Positions 1-12,759 of a DNA stretch of 43,152 nt are shown here, one piece after another. The position numbers and the translations under genes are program-made. How positions within the stretch are numbered: the stretch's first letter is position 1; the number at the start of each line of letters is the position of its first letter. Below the pieces are notes generated by a model, which ran no database searches, was not told the DNA's origin, and saw only the letters and a program-made list of their open reading frames with translations. Origin of the DNA: Folioceros fuciformis (Eukaryota); assembly GCA_049999805.1 (NCBI GenBank), contig JBNGIO010005873.1:100765-143916 (forward strand), read 5' to 3'.

Positions 1-1137
1 CGACTGGGTCGAGGAGAGAGCCTGCGACAAGTGCAGGGGCAGCGACAGGCGGGAGGTGAAACAGGCTACAAGGGAAGCCATTGCCAATGCCGCGAGAGCT
101 GCTTGCAGGCTTCGGGCCTGGAGGTTACCCGTCGTCCAACCCATGGGTCAGGCGGCTGCCCACCCAGGTTAATGTCCCCGGCCGCTTCTGTGTTGCAGGA
201 TTTGTGGCATGACATCTGCCGAGTGATAAATGTCAAAGCTGCCTGCCACACGGGAGTAGGAGCTAGGTTCCGAGCCTGCGGATTGCTGCGTTTGGGGCTC
301 TTGTTTGGTGGATTCCTCTCTCTCTGTGAGCTGCTTCCTTTGCCACTACCTACTAGCAGGTGGTCACGGCGCTGTACTTCAGAGGAAAAGCACAGACGTG
401 TGGACATCGCAGGCCATGTGTCTTTGCCACCGTGCCTACCATCCCGAGTCCTTTGTTGCTCATCACTGCTGTTGCGCGGTCTGGAGGTTGGAGTGTTGGT
501 TTAGCTGTCCTGTCCCCCAACTCCTTCGTAACAGCAGACACACAGCACCCACCTGGAGAAGGGATCTGCATGATCTTGCCGGCTGAAAGACTGTCTTCCT
601 TGCCTGGGTTGGGCTGGGCTGGGCTGGCCGGACTTTTTGAGTGAACAGACCCGTTGCCCCCCGAGTCACAGCCGAAGTCCTTGTCACCCAAGGTTTCCCC
701 TGCTCTGATGGATCCCATCCTGCTGGGATGGCTGATCCAAAGCCCCCCGGGCCGTGATCATGCCACCAGTGCCGGACGCCTTTCTCTAGCAAGGCCGAAT
801 TGCAAGCAGGATGGATTCGAACTGGCGTGCTTCTTGTCTTGTGCTGGTACATGCCTGTGGTATCCGTGTTCTCCTGGTATGGTAGTTCACGCTTTCTTTA
901 GTGTTTGCGTCCACTTCTTGTTCTGAAGAGGTGGAAAGGCGGGCCGAAATTGTATGCAATTGCCCTTGATTTTGTCTGGTGGAAGTCCGCCACCCCCTGG
1001 CCCCGGGTGTGGTCTCACGTATTGTACTGTCTTGTGCATGTCCAGGGAGCTGTGATGTGAGCACATTCTGCATCATGGAAGGACGGAGAAATGGTACGAT
1101 GGCAAACTCAAGAAGTGGGCAAGGGCCTTGACATGAC

Positions 1138-2622
1138 ATGGCGGCCCAGTGTGCGAGCTTGATGGCACCTCCGGATGAGCACCGTGCTGTGTCAGACATA
1201 ATGCACAAGGCCAGCTTAGATCGTGTATTTCCAGGAGGAGCTGTGGGTTTTGGGTCCTGCAATCTGCCGGTCTACTACCGAGCATACGGGACCTTGACAT
1301 ACGAGTCCACGATTGCAGTGACCCCGCAATCTGTGTGGGACATGGCTTCCATCACCAAGGTGATGGTCACAACTCCCTCCATCATGCTCCTGTATGACAG
1401 GGGCCTGCTCAAGCTGGATGCTCGCGCTTGCTACTACATTCCAGAGTTCGGCACCAACGGCAAGGAAGGCGTCACCGTGCGGCAGCTGCTTGCCCATACT
1501 GCAGGACTGCGCGAATTTTACGACTTCTTCGGCATGGGCCTGACCTCAAGACAGCAGGTTTTGGACTACATCATGAACGATAAGCTGTGGTACGCGGTGG
1601 GCACTGCACGCTACAGCGACCTCTCCATGATAGTGCTCGGCTTAGTTGTGGAGCGGATTTCTGGGATTCCCTTGGACGAATTTGCTGCCAAGGAATTGTT
1701 GGAGCCCCTGGGCCTCAGGCACACTTACTTCCGGCCAACAGACTGTTCCGACTTCGATCCCTCTGTGGTTCCCACGGAGGTGGATCTGGTGCACAGGAAC
1801 CGTCTTCTCTGGGGGGAAGTCCACGATCCTACAGCTTTTCTGCTGGGAGGTGTGGCCGGGCATGCGGGCCTCTTTTCATCCATCGTGGATGTGTGCCGGT
1901 TTGCTCAGCTCATGCTGGCTGGAGGCATGGACCTGCCTACTAACAGGCGCTTCTTCCATGAGCAGACTGTGAGGTTGTTCACCACTCCAGCTCCCCAGAC
2001 AGCACGCAATCCCCGCCCCTTTGCTCTTGGCTGGGACGTGGCAGTGCGCAGGTCCTTGGATGGTTATACCTCCGCAGGACGGTTCCTCGGGCCCCGAACC
2101 TTTGGACATACTGGCTTCACTGGCACGTCACTGTGGATGGATCCTGATCAAAACTTGTTTGTAGCTCTGCTCACCAATGCTGTGCACCCAACTGCGACAT
2201 CTGGATCTGGGCACAGGGTTCGAGATGTGCGGCCGTCGATTGCTGATGCTGCCGTGCAGGCCATGAGGGAGCAGGCAATACCTAGGGAGCTCCTGACTTG
2301 GCATCTGGGTCCGTTGTCGGGTCTCTTCGCTGACGAGGCAGCCAAGCCCTTACACAGAAGGGGAGACCCAGGGAAGGTTTTGTACGTCCATCACGAACAC
2401 AGGTCCAATCCTCTGCAGCCTGGTGAGCAAGGAGCACTCCCTGTCCAGACGCTGGGACTGTTTGCAAAACAAGCCTTCGCACCTCTTGGTGATCAGCGGC
2501 CACCAATTCAGGGACCACCTCCTCCAGGGAATTTTGTTAAGATTATAGCGGCCGATGACTTGAACTGGCAAACTCTGCTACCAGTAGTCGTCCTCCTCTG
2601 CCTGTACTGCAAGTTCTCGTAG
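1138..2622 (+). CDS. Intronless serine beta-lactamase/PBP-fold hydrolase (class C/AmiE-YbbE-like) with hydrophobic C-terminal tail
   Basis: 494-aa ORF with SxxK (WDMASITK), LLAHTAGL, YSDL, VHDPTA, GVAGHAGLFS and FGHTGFTGTSLWMDP motifs typical of bacterial beta-lactamase-related serine hydrolases. In-frame TGA lies 9 nt upstream of the ATG. Ends WQTLLPVVVLLCLYCKFS. Confidence 0.88.
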   Translation: MAAQCASLMAPPDEHRAVSDIMHKASLDRVFPGGAVGFGSCNLPVYYRAYGTLTYESTIAVTPQSVWDMASITKVMVTTPSIMLLYDRGLLKLDARACYYIPEFGTNGKEGVTVRQLLAHTAGLREFYDFFGMGLTSRQQVLDYIMNDKLWYAVGTARYSDLSMIVLGLVVERISGIPLDEFAAKELLEPLGLRHTYFRPTDCSDFDPSVVPTEVDLVHRNRLLWGEVHDPTAFLLGGVAGHAGLFSSIVDVCRFAQLMLAGGMDLPTNRRFFHEQTVRLFTTPAPQTARNPRPFALGWDVAVRRSLDGYTSAGRFLGPRTFGHTGFTGTSLWMDPDQNLFVALLTNAVHPTATSGSGHRVRDVRPSIADAAVQAMREQAIPRELLTWHLGPLSGLFADEAAKPLHRRGDPGKVLYVHHEHRSNPLQPGEQGALPVQTLGLFAKQAFAPLGDQRPPIQGPPPPGNFVKIIAADDLNWQTLLPVVVLLCLYCKFS

Positions 2623-2700
2623 AAGAGGCGAGTCGAACAAATTTGTAGGAAGATTAGCTCTTCACCAATTTGATTCATGAAGGGGCCAATGCGTCAGTTG

Positions 2701-2844
2701 CTCATTGCAGTGGCAAGTTCTAAATTCAAAGCATCTTGTGCTCTGGCATCCCACCTACCAGTCTAAGCTCCACTCATTGCAGTGGCAAGTTCTGAATTCA
2801 AAGCATCTTGTGCTCTAGCATCCCACCTACCAGTCTAAGCTCCA
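2701..2844. repeat. 72-bp direct tandem duplication (2 copies)
   Basis: ctcattgcagtggcaagttct...cagtctaagctcca at 2701 and 2773, with 2 mismatches. Lies between the convergent 3' ends of the hydrolase and AMMECR1. Confidence 0.95.
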
Positions 2845-3175
2845 CATGCACGGCCTTCATCAGCCGATTCGCATCCAACAACCATGGGAGTTCAACAGCC
2901 AATTTGGCTGGAATCCAATGAAATGTTTTATGGGCTACAAATGTGACCCTCACAGAGAGCTCACGGGAACCTACCTACTACTACTCTCCTGGCCAGCTGA
3001 ATTGCTTGGCAGACATTATTGGGGTTTCTTTTTACAGATCTCCGGTTGACAGAACATGTACCTTTTTCCTTGCTGGACTGACGGGCAAAGGAAAAAAGGC
3101 AATCCTAGGCCTGGCAATTGGCAAGACCTACCTGGCGCACAGATGAGACATTCCCACGGAGTGTACGTACATACC

Positions 3176-4536
<1,361 letters not shown>

Positions 4537-5805
4537 GGCGACGCCGGGGATGGAGCAGGCCGAGAACGAAGGATTAGAGAGCACAGTGGCGTCGGTATGC
4601 AGAGGCCAATTGCGGAACAAGCCCACCCGCTTGTTCTGCGCACATACCACGCCCCGGCGCCGGCAACACCATGGATGGCCGGACACAAGCAGCAGGTCGC
4701 TAGCTGCGGGACATCCGCGCGGATGGCGAGGCTGTGGATCGGGCGGAAAGCAACAGCATAGCACAAAGCGCTTGAGATTCGATTGCTGGCTGCCAAAGAA
4801 CTGTCGCACCGCACCTTAGGGGCTGAGAGGTAAACGTGCCCTATACGGCCCTGTTACTTTCCCCACCAAGACAATGCATTAGTGGAACGTTTGTTGCAAG
4901 TGCAGTCCACAGCGATGCTCCTCTCCACACTGCTTACCACCCGGGGCAGAAGTGCAAGACCCATGCAACCCCGTTCTGGAGGGGCGTACCTAATTGTAAC
5001 CGCGACACCCGATTCCGCCGGCTCTTATTATACAACTTCCTTCCTCCTTCGTATCGTGATTAGGCGCAGTGCACCGCAGGCACTGCTGCTGTCTTGTGTT
5101 GCCTACAGTATGTACAACCATGATAAATGCCAGGTTTTCAGGTACACATGTGTGCAGGTACCGCGTTCGTTACATATGTCGTGTATCATGGTACAAGCTA
5201 GGCGATGCGACTAGGTACCGAGTTCCAAAACATTCCGTCCCAGTTGTAATGTCCATGTTTCCACGGGTAGCCCTAATTGGTCAGAGCAAAAAAAGGAGTA
5301 ATGAATGGACAAGGTGTAACGTGGCGAGCGAGGTGAGGAGCACGACTAACCAGATCGTAACACTCGGAGGGAGTAAGCAGACTTGTGCTACGGTGCTTGC
5401 TTCGCGTTGCGGTTTGCCAATCTTTCCGGGAACCTCCAATTTCGCGGCTAGACGGACGACTGCTCCCGATTGTAAAGAAAATAACGGAGACTGAGCTAGC
5501 TGTAGCAGATCGTGTGGTATGAGACTGGGGCCAGGGCAAGTAGCATGGAGGGACCAGGGCCCGGGATTCCGTGCGCATCGGCAGCGGGCTGCTTGCGGCA
5601 ATGATCGTTCCCGGCAGCTCTCGGGCTTGCTGGATTGCCGTGGCGGAGGGGTCACAGCTGGTAGTTCATAGGGGATGGCAGCCAAGGCACTGGAGGCTAG
5701 GCTAGGGAGCCTGTGGACCTTCTTTTCTGCTGCTGGCCGATTTGATTGGTGTGGAATGCTCTTGTCGTAGTGCGTGTACTTGATGATGACTTACGGAGGG
5801 CGCCC

Positions 5806-8093
5806 ATGAATATGAGGATTCTATATGAAGGTCTCGTCACCACAGCGGAGTCCAGTTTGTCGAACCAGCACGTCTGGGCAATCATCATTGCTGGTATATT
5901 CGTGCTTGCAGCCCTCGCCTTGTCCACGTTTCTGCTCGTGGAACACCTGACGGCGTACAACAATCCTGAGGTAGGGGTTCACTTGTGAGCTGGGGATTCT
6001 TGGAATTGGCTGTTGCGTTGATCTGGGTGATGCGGTTACCTTTGCTGGCTTCTCTAACGGCAGGCGTTGGTTTGCCAGGAGCAGAAATGGCTGATTGGTG
6101 TCATCTTTATGGTTCCCATATACTCCGTTGAATCGGTAGGTGCAACAGCATGGTTTTGGTGTCTTTTCCTTTTCTCTGTCCCCCGTCCGTTGTGGGCAGC
6201 TCTGTGTTTCACCTGCTCACTGTAAACCCCTCCTGTGGCTGTCAGTTCATATCCTTATGGAAGCCTGATGTGTCGCTGGAGTGCAACATTCTGCGCAACT
6301 GTTATGAAGCATATGCTTTATACTCTTTTGGATGTTACTTGATAGCATGTTTAGGTGCGGTATCTCCTCTCCCAGCAGTTCCTGCCATGGAGTTTATCTT
6401 GCTTGAACGTCTTCTCGCAGACCGGCTATTGCCAGCTGCTTGATGAAACAGGCTGTCCTTGTAGGTGGCGAAGATAAGGTTATAGAAAAGCTTGAGAGGC
6501 AAGCGACGGGGGTAGGACCCCGAACGCCTCTGCTGGAGCATTCTGCAAGTGGTGAAAGTGCGTTCATCAAACATGTACCTCCCCTTAATCTCTGCCTGCA
6601 GCCCTGGGTGCTTGGAGAAGACTTCTATCAGGCTGCAAAGTTTGGCATTGTACAATATGTAAGAGTGTCTTGACATCACCCTGTTGTGGAATCTCTTCTT
6701 GGTGTCTAGCTGGTTTTCCAAGTAGCGGGAAGTAGACTCGTGTATCCTTAACGTGCTGTAGCAGCTAGGCTATCTTTGCTCAGCTTTTCTCGCGAACGAG
6801 TGTCCTTGCAGATGATACTGAAGACATTTTGTGCTTTTTTGGCTTTAATACTGGAGCAGTTCAACCTCTATGGAGATGCTGAGTTTAATTGGGAAACTGG
6901 GTCAGTGCCCCTACTCTACAGTGTTTGCCGATTTGACTGCTTAGCATAGTGCAGTGCATGGTTTGACGTATTCCCCGCTGCTGCTGACCTGGCGGAAAAC
7001 GTGTGTTGCAGGTATCCGTACATAACAATTGTGCTGAATTTCAGTCAAACATGGGCTCTGTACTGTTTAATACAGTTTTATGCCGTTACCAGAGACGAGT
7101 TGGCCCCCATTAGGCCACTTGCAAAATTTGTCTGTTTCAAATCTATCGTGTTTGCCACCTGGTGGCAGGAAGTCATCTTTGCTTTTATCTTTTCTGAAGG
7201 GTTTGCTCCCAAGTGGCTTCCTGAGGGGATCATCGTCATGCTGGGCGACAATTTCCAGAGGAATTTGCAGGACTTCATCATTTGTCTAGAGGTGGGTTGT
7301 TTTCAATTCTGTCGTAAACCGTTCAGATCTTTCTCTTGCTTTCCCATCTGCTTAAACCACAGTACTTGGCAGATGTCTATCGCCGCGGTAGCCCACATCT
7401 ACGTCTTCCCAGCCACTCCTTACCAGATGATGGATGGCCTACATCGACGAGGGAGTGTTGCTGTTCTGGCTGACTATGCCTCAATAGACTCACCCCTTGA
7501 CCCTGAGGAAATCAAGGAAAGCGAAAGACCAAGTATTGTTCGCGTACTTGCCAATGATCTTGAGAAGACAGCCACTAGTCTGAAAGAGAGCTTTCATGAC
7601 GTCGTGTTTGGAGGTGGTGAACACGTAAGTTTCTGTGAAGTTAGTGGTGAGAAAGTAAATCGAGTGCTTTGAACTTGATTCGCGCTTGTCGTAAATTATG
7701 AAAGGGGTTTCACTATTACCATTGCAGGTCGTTAATGATGTGAAAATGACAATGTCGCAAGCTGTGGAGCCCATGGAGAAAGGTATCAGTCGAATTAATG
7801 AGACTCTTCATCAGTTGCACTGGGTTAGCAGGCGGAGGGAGAAGGAAAAGGAGAAGGATAAAGATAAGGATAAGGATAAGCATGTCAAAGATGATACCTG
7901 GCTTTCGGATTCTTCTCACAAATCAGTCAGGGGGATTGATGATCCTTTGTTGACAGGGAGTGTGAGTGATAGTGGACTAGCCAGAGGTAGAAAGCCAAAC
8001 CCATCATATGGGAGCGCTGATAGCAGTGGAGAAAGTAGCGATCAAGGGGGTGGCTTCAAGACTGGGGGCCGAAGGTGGACTGTTCGTCGGTAG
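5806..8093 (+). CDS. LAZ1/TMEM184 (DUF300, OST-alpha family) membrane protein, 8 exons (5806-5970, 6079-6135, 6246-6354, 6465-6658, 6812-6900, 7012-7291, 7373-7624, 7728-8093)
   Basis: EHLTAYNNPEEQKWLIGVIFMVPIYS, RNCYEAYALYSF, KFGIVQYMILK, SQTWALYCLIQFY, KFVCFKSIVFATWWQ, QDFIICLEMSIAAVAH. Canonical splice sites. Start codon could be 5806 or 5812. Confidence 0.92.
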
Positions 8094-8751
8094 TCTTAGG
8101 CGGAAGATTCATGAAAGCTGCGACCTCTCCTGAACGTCATAATCACATCTTTCCCGTATTGTCCATGCAACCTACTCATATGGCTGAAAGGTTCCACATC
8201 GATTCATGTGGATTGTTGCAGCTGGTACCGTGAGAACTGCTTCTGTTTTTTCGTGCAGTCGCACTTTTACAGACGTCCAGGCCCGAGCACCGTAGTCCCA
8301 TCAGTGGCGTTACTTGTAACATGAATGTGGGTATTCTGAGAGGCCAGCATAGGAATTCACCAGGATGGCCAGAAATGCTTTTGTCCGGCCCAGCCCAGGG
8401 ATCAGCGCGGGTAGGCATCGATGCGTATAGATGCAATGCCATCAAGCCATCACTGTGTTTAGGGACAGTTCTGTGTGTCCTTGCTACATCGACAGATTGC
8501 TTCTGTGAGACGTCGGACTTTCTGTGTGTCATACGTCTCGAATATGGTGTGTGCTGTGATTTATGTTTGCATTTGGAAGGAGTACCAGAGATGAGCCCGC
8601 CTTGGTTGCATCAGATTCTGTGGCATCAGTTTGTTGGGAGCATTGTTGTGAGGTGGTTAGGTGTCACAAACTGGTCGTGTGTTCCCTGCTCCATCTTACC
8701 ATCTCGAAACGCTCAGGGTCTTCCGTCATGTGAGCGAGGACTTCCCCGTAT

Positions 8752-9133
8752 ATGAAATGTTGTAGAGTATTTTGAAGAATGTGGATACTGCAACTGGCCG
8801 TGGTACCGTGACTCGTATGTTCCAAAGGTTCGACTCATACGTCCATATTGTAGGCATGTGTGGGGCGGCGCAGCCCTGTACTGTACAGATCCTGTAACCA
8901 TGGACTCGAAAACTCTATTTTGTGATTGTAACCATGGACTCAAAGACTTTATTTGTTGGTGCCTGGCCAGGGTGGTCGTGACTTTATCTCCGTTGGTGCT
9001 TCGCCAGGGTGGCCGTGACGTTATCTCCGTNNNNNNNNNNGGTGGCCGTGACGTTATCTCCGTTGGTGCTTCGCCAGGGTGGCCGTGGCGCGCGAGAAAA
9101 TCACGCGCGCGTGATTTTCTAACACCATATCAA
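8752..9133. mobile_element. Possible MITE or solo-LTR-like insertion with imperfect terminal inverted repeats
   Basis: Left end TGAAATGTTGTAGAGTAT resembles the reverse complement of the right end (TGATATGGTGTTAGAAAAT). GTAT flanks both sides. Contains internal direct repeats, a 37-bp minisatellite and a palindrome. Confidence 0.35.
8967..9087. repeat. 37-bp minisatellite spanning an assembly gap
   Basis: Unit ccagggtggccgtgacgttatctccgttggtgcttcg repeats on both sides of the N run at 9031-9040. Confidence 0.9.
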
Positions 9134-9442
9134 GTATGCAGTGGACACCACGTAGACGTTGTTTGTGATCTTCTAAGTGAAATTACGAAGATCGCTGCCT
9201 CCTTCTACCGTCTGCCGTTGGGTAGTGCATCAAGAGGCAGGTTGTTGCTCGCCGTGTGGCATGTCCTCCTTGTCTCTCAACGATGAACAGAGAGAAAAAC
9301 TTTGCTTCCTCGTGCACACCGTCCTTGTGTAGGCCCATTGCACATCTTACACCACTGACCATGTGCCTACGAATACTAGCCTCCACCACCTCCATTCATC
9401 AATGCAACACAAGCAGCGGAGGAGGAGGCCCATAGGGCCTTC

Positions 9443-9593
9443 TCCTCACTCGCTGCTTGTGTTGGATGAGCAAGGAGCTTCTTGTCTTTGTAAGGGTAGA
9501 TGAACAAATCGGGGCCGTCCTCCTCACTCGCTGCTTGCGTTGGATGAGCTCGGAGCTTCTTGTCTTTGTAAGGGTAGGTGAACAAATCAGGGC
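9443..9593. repeat. 78-bp-period direct repeat (2 copies)
   Basis: tcctcactcgctgcttg...gaacaaatc.gggc at 9443 and 9521. Confidence 0.9.
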
Positions 9594-10300
9594 GGAGGGC
9601 GGCCCCTCCCCTAGATCTAAGCCGATCTAGTTCCAGTCTCTCGTCCTCGTAATGTAGTATGTAACTTCTTGCTAACCTGATCCAAATTCTTTTCTTTGCG
9701 AAAAAGGTTAAGTACTTGCTTCCAAACTTCTACACAAGACATGTCTCCATGCTTGTTGACGCCATCTTTCATTTTCTCTTACTTGCTAATCAATCTTACT
9801 ACTTCACCCTCTTGTTATAGAAAGAACATTATCAGGGCCTCGAAGTTCACACTTGCACACAAGCTCCCACATGCCCAAGGCTAGGAGCTTTGCCATTGTA
9901 TACAACCTTGCGCAAGCACCAAGCACAAGGCTGAGAATTTAGCTGTTGCACACAATTTCTCAAAAGCACAAAGCTAAGTAAGTATCCAATTATGATGCTC
10001 AAGAGAAGTATACAAGGCTCTTGAACATTGCTCTCACACCATGTCACCCTCTATCTCGCAGCGGCACGGGAGGTCCTTGCCTCCCATGGGCTCGCTGCTC
10101 CACCTTCCTTCCCTTCACCCTCATTGCCCTAGCGTATGAGCTCTGCCCCGGTGGACTCCACTCCACTCGCTACTTCGATGCCTGCAGTACCGCTGGCCTG
10201 TGAAATGAAGAAGCTTCAATCAATCTTGACTGCACCACACGCAATGTAAGGAGTCTCGCGTCGTCCAGGCTTTGGGACATTGCTTTTCTCTTTCCGGAGA

Positions 10301-10469
10301 GGCGCATAAAGTTCGTCATTCAATGCTACGTTCCTCATCGCTCGTCTGAGGGGGGCGCATAAAGTTCGTCATTCAATGCCAGATTCCTCACGCTCGTTGG
10401 CGCAGCTGGGAATCGGGTGGTGCAGACAGCTCAGAGGAGGAGACTCCCATAAAGTTCGTTGTTCAATTG
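10301..10469. repeat. Short dispersed repeat (gcataaagttcgtcattcaatg), two near-identical copies plus one degenerate copy
   Basis: Copies at about 10301, 10354 and 10448. Confidence 0.8.
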
Positions 10470-11153
10470 GACGTGCCTTTTGAGCTGGACAGTATAAAGA
10501 TCGGGGTTCAGCGCCCGGCGTTTGGAGAAACATGAAGACAATTGACAGAGAATGGCCGACAAACCAGCTGTCCCACGCCGCAATAAGTCACCGTCCACGT
10601 TTCTGGAGGATGCTCCCGGACTTCCGGACTCCAGAACACGTACTGCTCGACAATCCCCGCTCGTCCACTGGCGGCGCATGGCCTATTGAACGTATTTGCA
10701 TATCTAGACCACATGCACAGAGGGAATAGCAGCAACGTCGATTCTGCGGCTAATCCCATTGCTCCTCCTCTTGCCCGAGTATCGTGCTCCGTAGATGTAT
10801 CATGGGCCTCTCATGTTTACAAATCCATCCAGGTTTCCATCTCCCCTTTGTGGGAGCCCACGTGCAGCTTTTGAAGATGGCGTGTTCGAGGCTGAAACGG
10901 TCACGATGATATTTATTACTGCCTCGACAAACGGTGGGACCGGCTGTGACTCCTGGACCAAACGCCAGGCCAGGTGTTCGCCCAAGGCCATTCAATGCAA
11001 TGGCCAAGCGACAATGCTTCGATGGGGGAAGGCTAGATTGCTAGCAGCTAGCCCAGCTCCGGTCATCCTTGGGCTTCCACCTCCGGTAATGTACATACAT
11101 ACGCTTGGGCTTTATGATACAACAGGTCCATGTGCACGCTGTGAGGTGAGTCG

Positions 11154-12759
11154 ATGAAGCCGAATGCGATGGTGCGGCGGCCGGCGGAAGGCTGCATCCA
11201 ACTGGTCATGGCGGGGTTGCTGATAGGGGGTAGCCTGCTGACGCTGCTAGCCCTACTCTGGCCCTCGTTGCTGCCTGAGTCGGAGTCCGGGTCTGGGTCC
11301 GGGTCCGAGTCCGGGTCCGGGTCCGGGTCCGGAGCCGGAGCCGGAACCGGAGCGGGTCGCTGCTGGCCTCGGAAGCAGGCTCCCGATTCCCAGGAGCAGG
11401 GAAGCCTGGGAGGCCACGGCCGGGTGCGGCAGTTCGCGGAGCACGGGCGGGTGTCCGCCCTCTTCGTGCAGATGGGCGCGTTCCGAGGCGGGGACAAGAC
11501 ATTCGCGGTGGTGGGTCTCTCCTCCCGCCGGCTGCATGACGTAGGCAACCCCTGGTTCCATTGCGCGTGGGAGGAGCCCGGGGAGCCGGAGGTGCTCGGC
11601 ACCGTCGAGGTGATGAAGCCAGACTGGCAGCTGGGCCGGATCTACACCGTCCTAGTGCTCAACTGCACCTTCCCGCGCCCGGTCGGGACGTCGAGGCCCG
11701 ATCGGGGCGGCTCCCTCCTACTCACGGCGGGCTATGGGGATTCCGACCGATTCTCCCCGCCGGAGACGTTCACGGCGCTGCAGGAGGCCCCGGGGGAGTA
11801 CAATCCCCGCCTCTACTCCGGAGAGGACCCCCCGCCGTTCGATTTCCTCTACTGCGGCTCGCCCTTGTTCGGAGACCTGAGCCCGCAGCAGATACGGGAA
11901 TGGATGGCGTACCATGTGCGCCTCTTCGGCCCTCGCTCCCTCTTCGTGTTGCACGACGCCGGTGGAGTGAACGACGGGGTCCGCCGTGTGATCGAGCCCT
12001 GGGAGCGCCTGGGCCGCGTTCTGGTGGAGAACGTGCGGAACCAGGCTCGGTACGATGGCTACTACTTTAACCAGTTCCTGGTGCTCAACGACTGCCTGCA
12101 CCGCGCCAGGTTCCTAGCGCCATGGGTCTTCTTCTTCGACGTGGACGAGTATGTGGCCGTGGCCCCCGGCACGACTCTCCCGGAAGTCATGGACGGGTTC
12201 ATAAACTACACCCAGGTGCTCTTCACGCAGAAGCTCATGTCCGTCCGGCTGTGCGCCGACGTCTGGCGAGGCTCCGTCCATAGGTACACATGAGAAGGGA
12301 TCTGGACGAGGTCGCGGTGTGTGTGCGAGCGATATGGGATAATCGTGACTTCGCTCATGGCGTTGGTATTGCTGTTGTTTGTATGACAGGGATGCGGATC
12401 ACTGGACGGTGGAGAAGCTGGAGTACAGGGAGGTGGTGCCGGCGGGGAAGGTGCTGGCAGTCAAGTACGCAGTGCAGCCGAGGAATGTGTTCGCCACCGG
12501 CGTGCATCGCACAGAGCAGTTTTTGGGATTGAGCACAATTGCTGAGCCGGACAGATTGCAGTACTACCATTTCCATGGCGGCATCAACAACAGGGGGCAG
12601 GTGTGCTTGGAATTCCCTTCGCAGGATCCCACCAACTCCTCACTTTTCCGGAGCTTGAGAGGCGGGGCCTTCGAGTTCGATGACGGCTTGGCTCGCTCCA
12701 TTCCCTCAGTTCGCGAGTTTGAGCTGGAAACCGTAGGACGGCAGCCCTTCGTTCCATGA
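11154..12759 (+). CDS. GALS: Glycosyltransferase family 92, galactan beta-1,4-galactosyltransferase (GALS-like), 2 exons (11154-12283, 12390-12759)
   Basis: Type II N-terminal TM segment; LFVQMGAFRGG, FAVVGLSS, PDWQLGRIYTV, YCGSPLFGDL, REWMAYH, HDAGG, DCLHRARF, FFFDVDEY (DxD), KYAVQPRNVFATGVH, YYHFHG. Confidence 0.93.
11277..11352 (+). repeat. Hexanucleotide repeat encoding a (Ser-Gly/Ala-Gly)n stem linker in GALS
   Basis: (tccggg)n and (gccgga)n encode ESESGSGSGSESGSGSGSGAGAGTG. Confidence 0.9.

Noticed and set aside
1-1137. Several 90-160 aa ORFs on both strands upstream of the hydrolase
   Set aside because: No recognisable motifs or consistent exon chain; may be UTR or the tail of a gene outside the window.
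1138-2622. Bacterial contamination as the explanation for the hydrolase
   Set aside because: It is contiguous with intron-containing plant genes, with no gap, operon context or obvious compositional break; read-level confirmation is still needed.
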